The notes under the pieces were generated by a model that was given only the letters and a program-made list of their open reading frames with translations, ran no database searches and had not been told where the DNA came from. Shown in pieces: positions 32,634 to 40,688 of a DNA stretch of 64,000 bases (position 1 is the first letter of the stretch; each line of letters begins with the position of its first letter). This DNA is from a virus. Lineage: Duplodnaviria; Caudoviricetes. The stretch covers positions 128,001 through 192,000 of IMG/VR virus record IMGVR_UViG_2595698952_000001, one strand, 5' to 3'. A program made the position numbers and the translations under genes.

Positions 32634-32869
32634 TGACTCTAACTTACTATATCGTAGTAGCCCTGATGTGGGTTTGTCTGTTTCTGATGGTAAGACATAC
32701 CTGCACCGTGGTGAACAATTATGGTCGGCGTTGTGGTGCGTGTTCGCGCACGGTACGCATGGCTCAGTTCACCGGGGTGTTTGGCTTGTTTGTCGTCGGT
32801 ACAGGTGCAACCTACGCGGCGAGTGTGGTACTCGCTTTACACACACTTGCTGTCTCCGGAGTCCATTAA
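32630..32869 (+). CDS. small two-TM membrane protein
   Basis: Two hydrophobic stretches; start overlaps the terL stop. Confidence 0.5.
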   Translation: MMTLTYYIVVALMWVCLFLMVRHTCTVVNNYGRRCGACSRTVRMAQFTGVFGLFVVGTGATYAASVVLALHTLAVSGVH

Positions 32870-32897
32870 ATCCAGAAACTCAAAAATAATTCGAGTT

Positions 32898-32937
32898 AGC
32901 CGCTACCCTTTCGTGGGGTAGCGGCCTTTTATTTTAT
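32898..32937. terminator. terminator between convergent genes
   Basis: GCCGCTACCC...GGGTAGCGGC stem + TTTTTATTTT. Confidence 0.75.
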
Positions 32938-34310
32938 TTCTGTAATGAGCGAATCAGGAAATACAACAGCAACGCATTACGCAATGCAGCAAGCGCAGAC
33001 TCGTGACGGATGTGAGTTTCCTTGGCAGCCAGTTTCTCAATCCGGGTACGCAACGACAACACGTACGGGTTCGGGGATTTTGATGCCTGGTACAGGGAAC
33101 GCATCCGCAGCAGTACCGTGCCTGCATCGTTGAAGTTCAAGCGACTGCTCACGACTTCGTCAAATGCATGGGACAGGGTGTCTTCCATGATGCTGTTAAT
33201 CTCATCACGCTTCTTACCCAGGGGCAGTCCGGCGATGTAACTCAGCAGCTGCTTGAGGGCCGCAGGCGATGCCTTCGGAACCATCTCCAGCACCACGCGA
33301 GCCAACTCTTCCTTGTACAGGTTGTTGATGTCGTAAGAGGCATCGAACAGGTTCTGCTTGGCAATGTCCAGGGCACCGACTTTGTCACGGATAATGGATT
33401 CACCGTCCAACTCAATACGAGAGGACTGAATCACCATGCGGCTGTTTTCCCGACGTACCCGGTCTAACACGGCGTAGTAGTCTTTCACGGTCTGTTTGGT
33501 ACGAGTGTTCAAGTCCGTGATAAACCGCAGCACCAAGTCCGGGGTGTCGTAGCGCTTGACCGCATCGTAGTTCGGGTAGTCTGGTGAGCAGAAATACTCC
33601 GCACGCTCCTGCATGTGCAAGCCCCAGTTGCCCAGACGACGAATGTCAAACTTTAACGACAGCATCGAGTAGGTCACCTCGGCCGCATTCATATCCACCG
33701 GTTTCGGGAAGAAGTGGTAGTAGATACTCGAGTAGAATTTGAACTGGAGAATCACCACCAGATCAACCGCCGCATTACGGATCTCTTTGTCGCTGAATTT
33801 CGGGAACATCAAATGCAGCAGATAAGTAATGGTCAGGTTGAAGGTGTCCCCGGCCACGTTCCAGTCGGTGTTGATGGCTTCGGCTTCTTTGATAAGCTCG
33901 GCCAAGAAGTCTTCGTCGACTTTCAACACTTCTTCGAACAGGCGGTTACGGTCGGAGTCGTAAAAACGAATCTGGTGCACGCCCAACAGGTTCGACCCAC
34001 GCCACTCGACGTTGCCGTCACGGCCCAGAATCGATGCAACGTACATCCGCATCCGCTGCGCCATCTTACGGTCAATCACCACGCCCTTAAAGGCGTTGTC
34101 AAACGCTTTACGCAAGCGGTCATTCTTAAGGGCTTCGGTGGCAACCACCATCCCCATCGGAACATATCCGCCAAACCCGTAATCGTAGTACAATCCGGTG
34201 GCGAAAGAACCGTCGTCAAAGAAGGGGTCACGACCGTGTCTTTCACGGGCAACTTTTACCTCGGGACTCGCGTAAAGTCCTGATGCAAAATCATAAACTA
34301 GATCGGACAT
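32934..34310 (-). CDS. virion (head) structural protein (SPN3US gp262-like)
   Basis: GAGG RBS + ATG 34310 (MSDLVYDF); GSNLLGVHQIRF motif; N-terminal AXE sites. Confidence 0.65.
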   Translation of the reverse strand: MSDLVYDFASGLYASPEVKVARERHGRDPFFDDGSFATGLYYDYGFGGYVPMGMVVATEALKNDRLRKAFDNAFKGVVIDRKMAQRMRMYVASILGRDGNVEWRGSNLLGVHQIRFYDSDRNRLFEEVLKVDEDFLAELIKEAEAINTDWNVAGDTFNLTITYLLHLMFPKFSDKEIRNAAVDLVVILQFKFYSSIYYHFFPKPVDMNAAEVTYSMLSLKFDIRRLGNWGLHMQERAEYFCSPDYPNYDAVKRYDTPDLVLRFITDLNTRTKQTVKDYYAVLDRVRRENSRMVIQSSRIELDGESIIRDKVGALDIAKQNLFDASYDINNLYKEELARVVLEMVPKASPAALKQLLSYIAGLPLGKKRDEINSIMEDTLSHAFDEVVSSRLNFNDAGTVLLRMRSLYQASKSPNPYVLSLRTRIEKLAAKETHIRHESALAALRNALLLYFLIRSLQK

Positions 34311-34323
34311 GGCATGAACCTCT

Positions 34324-34353
34324 AAAAAATTACGGATAGATATTATCCTTTTG
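34324..34353 (+). promoter_or_regulatory. putative early promoter (AAAAAATTAC..AGATATTATC..TG)
   Basis: Motif repeated upstream of several operons. Confidence 0.5.
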
Positions 34354-34383
34354 ATAGTAGTATACCTAAAGGAGATTTTTCCC

Positions 34384-35517
34384 ATGAAGAAATATGAACG
34401 CAAAGCAACGTGGCACAAAGCGCTACGTTCCGGTACGATATCAAAAGACCAGGATGTAAAGATGTGGGTATTGCCACACGGGGTTATCTGTGAGTTAGCC
34501 CGTGTTGGGGGTATGCCGATTCTACGCAACGGCAACTATGACGCCGTCAATTCTTTCCTGGCGAAAACACTGTCTGATGCGGGCATTGAAAACGAGGTGC
34601 TGTTTTATACCACCCGTGTTATCCCGCAGACGTTATCGCGTTGGCTTACACACTGGTTGTCGACAGACCCCGGTGAAAACGATCCAGAGCTGAGTTCCGT
34701 TACCGTTACCACAATGGGACAATATCCGCAGAAACCTTTACCCTTTCAGGTTAACGTGGTGGAGCCAGTTCTGGTGAAAGCAGGGGCTGTGTTTGAGAAC
34801 ATCAAACAGAAATCCCGTAATAACGCCGTCTCTCAATTTATCGTTGAGGCGAACGGTGTGCAATACCGACTAGAACCGGTGCGTAACACCACCGGGAAAA
34901 TCATTGACTGCACAGAGTACGGCTACGTGGTCCGCACACCCACAGGTCACACTTTCCTGGCAACTATGATCTCTCGTCGCATCCAGTCGCAGCTAAAACA
35001 TTACAATGTGCGGCCGGACGATCTTATCGGTACCGAAGTTAAGATCGAATATACGATGTTTACCGAAGGGACTCGACTGTGCAACTTCAAGTCTTCGATA
35101 ATTTATCGAAGCATTGCCCTGGATAACATGGGCGACTCTTACCCTGCCACATACGATGGCCCGAACCTCTTTAAGCAATTACCAGGCGGTAGCAATCCAG
35201 CGCTCTTGACTGTAACGCGTTGCGGCCGTGCGGATATTGCGCTAAGAGAAGGGACAATTTATGGCATTGAGCGGGAGTCCGGTGAGACCCTCTTTAGATT
35301 TGAACCTGGCGTATCGCATGGTTTGTATGCGGCGCAGTTCGAACACAAAGGGGTGACCGAAACCTGGCGTTTCGTATCTGAGTTTGCTGTGGATGTTATA
35401 GACCCGACCGCATTCGTGGAGAGTGTGGCTACCCAAATCTTTGGGGCAACGGGCTATAGTCTACAAAGGCTTGGACTGTGTTACGCTGAAACCGAACCAC
35501 AGTCAATGGAAACTTAA
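34384..35517 (+). CDS. hypothetical protein, possible degenerate ATP-dependent DNA ligase-like fold
   Basis: AAGGAG RBS; LIGTEVKIEY..FTEGTRL resembles the ligase OB-fold; no KxDG (LPHG at the equivalent place). Confidence 0.5.
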   Translation: MKKYERKATWHKALRSGTISKDQDVKMWVLPHGVICELARVGGMPILRNGNYDAVNSFLAKTLSDAGIENEVLFYTTRVIPQTLSRWLTHWLSTDPGENDPELSSVTVTTMGQYPQKPLPFQVNVVEPVLVKAGAVFENIKQKSRNNAVSQFIVEANGVQYRLEPVRNTTGKIIDCTEYGYVVRTPTGHTFLATMISRRIQSQLKHYNVRPDDLIGTEVKIEYTMFTEGTRLCNFKSSIIYRSIALDNMGDSYPATYDGPNLFKQLPGGSNPALLTVTRCGRADIALREGTIYGIERESGETLFRFEPGVSHGLYAAQFEHKGVTETWRFVSEFAVDVIDPTAFVESVATQIFGATGYSLQRLGLCYAETEPQSMET

Positions 35518-35527
35518 GGAGCACCCT

Positions 35528-36037
35528 ATGTTTACTGCGCCAACCATGCTCTCTGGTAGCAGCCTGCGAGTAGCGTGCCAAGATGCACGCCTCATGGAAC
35601 TCTGCGATCAGAGCATACTTACTGCGATGATGACCCACAACCCTTTAGGTGACTACGGAAATACCAGCGAGATATTGGCCGTTGCTGCCGTGCTCCGTCG
35701 TATTTACGGTCATTTCACAATCGTGGATCTGTGTGACTTTATTGACAACCATACCGATTTAGCGAAAGGGTTGGTGGCGTTAACACAAGACGGTGTATCA
35801 AGCTTTGATAGCGGCATCGGCAACTTTTTGGATATTGGCTCAGGCTTTGACTCGGGGATGATGTTTATCACCCGTGAACGCTATGTGGCCGTTTGGGAAT
35901 TCATGGCGAAGATGGGCGTGAACGTGCCGTCTAAGATCATGTACTACCCGACTCACGATTTGAATATCTTCGGTGAGCCAGGACTCTGGGTAAAACCCGT
36001 GCACCTGGGACTTGACGGACTGACCGTTAAGTGTTAA
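35528..36037 (+). CDS. hypothetical protein
   Basis: AAGGAG RBS + ATG 35528; 169 aa. Confidence 0.7.
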   Translation: MFTAPTMLSGSSLRVACQDARLMELCDQSILTAMMTHNPLGDYGNTSEILAVAAVLRRIYGHFTIVDLCDFIDNHTDLAKGLVALTQDGVSSFDSGIGNFLDIGSGFDSGMMFITRERYVAVWEFMAKMGVNVPSKIMYYPTHDLNIFGEPGLWVKPVHLGLDGLTVKC

Positions 36038-36046
36038 GTATCCAAC

Positions 36047-36085
36047 GCGCACTCTCTTCGGGGGGTGCGCAACACTTTTTTATTT
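36047..36085 (+). terminator. intrinsic terminator
   Basis: GCGCACTCTC-TTCG-GGGGGTGCGC + T-tract. Confidence 0.7.
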
Positions 36086-36102
36086 CCTAAAGGATAACGA
36101 GT

Positions 36103-36651
36103 ATGTTCCAATTGTTTAAAGACGTGTTCTCCCTGACCTCGACCCCGCACATCTCCCTGGCAGAGAACTGGCAGGAGGACATCGCCAACCAAATGCGTGA
36201 CCTGGTACGTACTGACCGCATGGAGAATCGTTACGTGGTGTGGTACAAGGACGACAAGCCGTATTTCATCTTTGTGGTCGCGCCTGTCGAGGATCGCCAT
36301 TACCTCTACGTCAAAGAGCACCTCAGTGACGAAATCGTCAACGGGCTACGCGGTACATTAAGCGAAGAGGGGGATGTGAGCAAATACATCCTGTGCAGCG
36401 ATTTAAGGACACCAATCGAATTAGCGGCGGCAACGTTCCAGGGAGTGGCTATCGACATCCCAGGGAGCGTTACAGACGACGTAATCGTGCAATTCATCGG
36501 AAGCGCCGGGGAGGAAGTTGTCCGTCATCGGAAAACGCTGGCCCCTGGTCTGTCACCGGTGTTGTTCCTGTCGGGTAATTTCACTGTCGAGGACATTGCC
36601 GAACTTGAACAAGCGGGTTTCAAGTTGGGTAATCTTCTGTACAAATTTTAA
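36103..36651 (+). CDS. hypothetical protein
   Basis: AAGGA RBS; 182 aa. Confidence 0.7.
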   Translation: MFQLFKDVFSLTSTPHISLAENWQEDIANQMRDLVRTDRMENRYVVWYKDDKPYFIFVVAPVEDRHYLYVKEHLSDEIVNGLRGTLSEEGDVSKYILCSDLRTPIELAAATFQGVAIDIPGSVTDDVIVQFIGSAGEEVVRHRKTLAPGLSPVLFLSGNFTVEDIAELEQAGFKLGNLLYKF

Positions 36652-36658
36652 CCAATTT

Positions 36659-36688
36659 GGGTGCCTTCGGGTGCCCTTTTATTTTTTT
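36659..36688 (+). terminator. intrinsic terminator
   Basis: GGGTGCC-TTCG-GGTGCCC + TTTTATTTTTTT. Confidence 0.7.
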
Positions 36689-37090
36689 GCCCTGCTCACT
36701 TTTTAACCAATGTTTGTACACTTTTTAACCAGCGCCAAAAAGCCCCCTGAAAAGCTCTCTGAGGAGATTTACTCTGACCCGGTACGTTTGGGTGCCTGCC
36801 CCCCTTTCGTCGCTGTGACGTGGCTTACAGGACGCGTGCGCCCCATCCCCGGTTCGCCGAGCCGACCGCCGCGACGATCAAAATATCATGTACGCTTCGC
36901 GTTGGAATGGATTGGGAGACTGGATCGATTTGTAATTCGCATCTCTGCGAATTACCTTCGAGTGCTTTTCCTGGCTTACTGCCTATCCGGCCCTTAAGGC
37001 CGGGATTATTTAAAAATTTCCTTTTTAAATTAGTGACTTACGTCACTCATTGATTTCAGGTTTTGATCTTCGGCGGATCTCTTTCATTAT

Positions 37091-37238
37091 ACGCGCGTAC
37101 GCGCACACCCGTATCCTCCAGGATCTTTTAATATATATATATTTATTATTAATATCTTTAGATATTATTAAATATATTAAAATATATTAATATCTTTAGA
37201 TATATTTAAAAGATCTTAAAACGCGTGGGTGCGCGCGT
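37091..37238. repeat. AT-rich imperfect palindrome with internal direct repeats (candidate replication origin or packaging site)
   Basis: GC-rich inverted flanks; GATCTTTTAA/TTAAAAGATC inverted repeat; ATTAATATCTTTAGATAT twice; ~95 nt almost pure A/T. Confidence 0.6.
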
Positions 37239-37298
37239 GATCCTTATTACGAGATCGTGATCGGGGGGAGGGGAGGAATTATTTTTTACAAGACTTCC

Positions 37299-37519
37299 CA
37301 GTAGTGTGACAAGTTGACCCCGATGGCATTACGGGAAAGCCACTCTCGACCGAGGATGAGTCTCAGTGTAGCGTGTGTGCGAAATGGGAGTGGCGCTTTT
37401 TCAACGAACGAATCTTACAGGCTGGTAGGATGGAAGGGGAAACCTAGCGACCCTCAGAGTCGCAAACTGCTGTGTGTTGGCTCCGCCCCTGGGGTAAAAC
37501 CTCGGGGCGATTTTTTTTT
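37299..37519 (+). ncRNA. candidate structured ncRNA ending in an intrinsic terminator
   Basis: Stems CAGTAGT/ACTGCTG, GTTGA/TCAAC, GCCACTCTC/GGGAGTGGC, GCGAC/GTCGC; terminator 37484-37519. Confidence 0.5.
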
Positions 37520-37552
37520 CTCCCGAAATCGAATTACGAGTTTGTTTAGTTA

Positions 37553-38095
37553 TATGCGAATAGTTTCCTCGAACGTCACTGCTTGGGGATAGCTGATTTT
37601 CTGCGGATGCAGAGCTCCACCCTGGTCTTCACCAGCCAGGGTGCTTTTTCGAGAATTCCTATCGTGGGAGCCCTCGAAAAAGCAAATCGCTCAGCCTAAC
37701 ACTGTTGGTTTGTTTAGTATGTTCGGCAAAAAGTGTTTCGCGACACTTCGAACGGGTGGTTCCGAGCGGGGAAACTTTGAACCACCCACCCATTCAGGTA
37801 TCGGCTTTTTGCAATCGGCCTTTGGTCGTGATGCATGACGCTTTCACCGTCACACATGTGCCGGTACCGTGGCAGCTCCAGATGCGGGACTTCGAGTATA
37901 CGCCGTTGAACTTACCTCCGGTAGTCCTCGTCGTTCCCGCCCTGGGGTGCGGCCAATCCGAATTCGGCGTTGCGTCGATAGGGGTCTGCGTGTAGAACCG
38001 CAGGCTTGGGGTTACTCCCGAAGGAGAGTGGTCCATATCTTGGCGGCTCGGGAAGACGAGAGGGGTGGATGTCCTCGTTGGGAAACGACGATGTC
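37553..38095 (+). ncRNA. candidate hairpin-dense ncRNA(s)
   Basis: Back-to-back 8-11 bp stems and no credible ORF. Confidence 0.45.
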
Positions 38096-38156
38096 TGGCT
38101 GAATAAAATTTACAGGTTAGCCGTTGGGTATGTTAAACAACCCACGGAGAACTGCA

Positions 38157-38666
38157 ATGACCACAATCGCTTACGACGGGAAAACCCTCGCGGGTGATTC
38201 CCAAACGACACAAGGCGACATCCGCCTGTCGATGCACGCTGTGAAAATCTTCACCCCCCAACCAGGTGAGTCCTGGGCGGTGAACGGGGAGAAAGCGGTT
38301 TCGTTTGGTGTGGCTGGATGTCTTCAAGGCAACAACGCACTGCGTGAAGCGCTGAACAGTTGCATGAAGGGCTACCAGGGTCTGACCGGAAGCACACGAT
38401 TCCCAAAAGGGATTGTGATTAGTTATCTGGTTGTGACCGAGCATGGTAACGTCTACGCCGGTGGTCAATACGAGAACGACGAGATGCCTTGGCTGACCAA
38501 AGTCGCTGCACCCATTGCGGTGGGTAGCGGGGCAGAGTTCGCCATTGGTGCGATGGCCGCAGGCGCATCCGCTGGTGACGCAGTTAGTATTGCGGCACGG
38601 TTCGATGTAAACACTGGTGGCGAGATTCGGGAGATTAGCCATGAAGCTCTTTCACGTCACGCGTGA
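38157..38666 (+). CDS. HslV/proteasome-beta-like Ntn-hydrolase peptidase
   Basis: M-TTIAYDG..LAGDSQ.T N-terminal Thr nucleophile, K, GVAG and AVGSGAEFAIGAM. Confidence 0.75.
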   Translation: MTTIAYDGKTLAGDSQTTQGDIRLSMHAVKIFTPQPGESWAVNGEKAVSFGVAGCLQGNNALREALNSCMKGYQGLTGSTRFPKGIVISYLVVTEHGNVYAGGQYENDEMPWLTKVAAPIAVGSGAEFAIGAMAAGASAGDAVSIAARFDVNTGGEIREISHEALSRHA

Positions 38667-39018
38667 CTCGTATGTTTTATCTGGCGTGGTGGCAACCGCG
38701 ATTATCTGCGCGGAATCCCACGAAGCAGCAGTCAGACATTGGCCTAAGGTCGACCGTCAGATGCAGCTCGAGGTTGTTGAGTTAGCACCCGCACCAGAAA
38801 ACCAGTTACCGGGTGTCGTGTTGACAACCCAGTTCTGGGGACAGGGTAAACCGGGTTCATTGGCCTCGCGTCATCCGGAAGCAAAGATTTTCATCATCGA
38901 GTTTGAACGTACGGCAACGACCGCGCTTAAAGTCACAGACTGGAAAGACCACAGAGGTCCCCATCCGGATTTTGAGGGTGGCGATATTGACCCGCAAACG
39001 TTAAGCCCGGCGTTTTAG
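38641..39018 (+). CDS. hypothetical protein
   Basis: GGGAG RBS + ATG 38641; 125 aa. Confidence 0.6.
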   Translation: MKLFHVTRDSYVLSGVVATAIICAESHEAAVRHWPKVDRQMQLEVVELAPAPENQLPGVVLTTQFWGQGKPGSLASRHPEAKIFIIEFERTATTALKVTDWKDHRGPHPDFEGGDIDPQTLSPAF

Positions 39019-39024
39019 TATTCT

Positions 39025-39100
39025 AGGGGCATAGCTCAGCTGGCAGAGCACCGGTCTCCAAAACCGGGTGTCCAAGGTTCGAATCCTTGTGCCCCTGCCA
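39025..39100 (+). tRNA. trnW: tRNA-Trp(CCA)
   Basis: Full cloverleaf, anticodon loop CT-CCA-AA, encoded CCA end. Confidence 0.95.
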
Positions 39101-39174
39101 AATTTAGCCTGCAAGTTCAGTTCTATCCAAAAGCCAATCTGTCCACTACGGACGCTGCTGATTTGGAGAACACC

Positions 39175-39429
39175 ATGAACTTGTATTTGTTAGAAAGACT
39201 AGACCGTGTGGATTACGACGAGTTTGATTCCATAGTCGTGGCTGCCCCTAACCGGGGTGCCGCGCGCGCAACACGTCCCAGATACGGTCATTGGGCTGGC
39301 TCTTGCTATTGTGACGACGATGTACCGTGTACTTGTGGCTGCGATGACGGCGTACGCCTGAGCGTCACTTGTATCGGTCGTACTGACTTACCGGCAGGAG
39401 TTATCCACGAGTCGTTCTGTGCAGGCTGA
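39175..39429 (+). CDS. small hypothetical protein
   Basis: GGAG RBS; MNLYLLERLDRVDYDEFDSIVVAA; Cys-rich middle. Confidence 0.65.
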   Translation: MNLYLLERLDRVDYDEFDSIVVAAPNRGAARATRPRYGHWAGSCYCDDDVPCTCGCDDGVRLSVTCIGRTDLPAGVIHESFCAG

Positions 39430-39458
39430 ATACGGTGGGCTTCGGCCCACCACACTTT

Positions 39459-39534
39459 GGGGCGATGGCTCGAGCGGTAAGGCGAGTGATTGCAAATCAC
39501 TTTTAGGCCGGTTCAAATCCGGCTCGTCCCTCCA
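39459..39534 (+). tRNA. trnC: tRNA-Cys(GCA)
   Basis: Cloverleaf, AGTGA-TTGCAAA-TCACT, U73 + CCA. Confidence 0.9.
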
Positions 39535-39569
39535 ATTTTTTTCTGAATTCCTGTAGGAACTCAAATCGG

Positions 39570-39737
39570 ATGAAAGCCAAACTTCGTAATTTTGCGTTGC
39601 TGGTTTTCCTGGTGTTGGCCGTATTGTTCTACCTGGCTAAGAATTTTGTGATGCTCGCCGTTGACGTCGCAATAATTCTGATGGTCTTGTGGGTGCTACG
39701 GTCACTCGCTAAACGGGCTTTCCGTCGGAAGGCTTAG
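39570..39737 (+). CDS. small two-TM membrane protein (55 aa)
   Basis: Below ORF-track cutoff; MKAKLRNFALLVFLVLAVLFYLAKNFVMLAVDVAIILMVLWVLRSLAKRAFRRKA; basic ends flank a hydrophobic core. Confidence 0.6.
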   Translation: MKAKLRNFALLVFLVLAVLFYLAKNFVMLAVDVAIILMVLWVLRSLAKRAFRRKA

Positions 39738-39800
39738 CGAACAGCGGAAACTCCGCTCTGTTGTATCAAACCCTGATATTCACCAGTAGGATAATAAAAC

Positions 39801-40631
39801 ATGAAAAAGCTTTTGGTAGGTTTGTTGGCAATCCTGGCGTTCTCCGCTCACGCTACTGATGTTACCATTACGACGGGCCAGCAAGGTCTGACGTACAACG
39901 CCACGTACGGCGTGAATCTTGCCAGTGCTCTGAATGAGTTCGGCAACAAGTCCACTGTGGTACCGTCGAAAGGTTCCCTGGACAACCTGGACAAAGTTGC
40001 TGCCGGTTCTGCGCAGATTGGTTTTACCCAGGCAGACGCTTTCCAGTTCTGGCGCTCACAGCATCCGAACGAAGCACAGAACGTAGACATCGTTGGCCAG
40101 CTGGGTGACGAGTGTGTCTTCGTGGCTGTCAAGAAAGAAGGTAAGGTTGGCGGTGAAGCCGATCTGAAAGAAGGCATTAAGATTGCGGTCGGTGAACCCG
40201 ACTCTGGTTCTTACGCCAGTTGGCAATACCTGCAAGGTTTGGTGAAGCAATACGCAAAAGCTGAAACCTACGCGAAAGGCGGTATCCGTTCTCTGTCCAA
40301 AGTGGCCACGGGTGAATACGACGCGTTCATGTGGGTAAGCGCACCGGGCAAGAATAACAAATTCCTCGAAGCAGTTAACCAGGATAGCTCTGGTCTGAAA
40401 CTCATCGACATGAACAACTGGAACGTCAACGATAAACTGCCTAACGGGCAAGCAGTCTACGAGAAGAAGTCTGCTAAAGTTGATAACTCTGCGTGGTTCG
40501 GTGGTGATGTGAAAGTGCCGTGCACCAAAACGTTGGTGGTTGCTAATACCGACGCCGGTGACGAACTGCTGGAAGCCGTTTCTACTATCCTCCTCAAGAA
40601 TGCTCCACGCATCATGGGGACGGGTAAGTAA
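39801..40631 (+). CDS. TAXI-family TRAP transporter solute-binding protein
   Basis: Signal peptide ending AHA; ITTGQQGLTY, SKGSLDNL, IGFTQAD, IAVGEPDSGS motifs. Confidence 0.8.
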   Translation: MKKLLVGLLAILAFSAHATDVTITTGQQGLTYNATYGVNLASALNEFGNKSTVVPSKGSLDNLDKVAAGSAQIGFTQADAFQFWRSQHPNEAQNVDIVGQLGDECVFVAVKKEGKVGGEADLKEGIKIAVGEPDSGSYASWQYLQGLVKQYAKAETYAKGGIRSLSKVATGEYDAFMWVSAPGKNNKFLEAVNQDSSGLKLIDMNNWNVNDKLPNGQAVYEKKSAKVDNSAWFGGDVKVPCTKTLVVANTDAGDELLEAVSTILLKNAPRIMGTGK

Positions 40632-40688
40632 GTGCTGACGTGTAAAGGGCACTGGCTGGGCTGATAACCCCGCCGGGACGGTTTCATC

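Noticed and set aside
37350-37385. Hammerhead-like GATGAG...GAAA
   Set aside because: The core reads GGATGA rather than CTGATGA, and the required stems could not be formed
36710-38197. Short ORFs in the non-coding tract
   Set aside because: Mutually overlapping, lacking RBS, atypical composition, and crossing a terminator or dense hairpins
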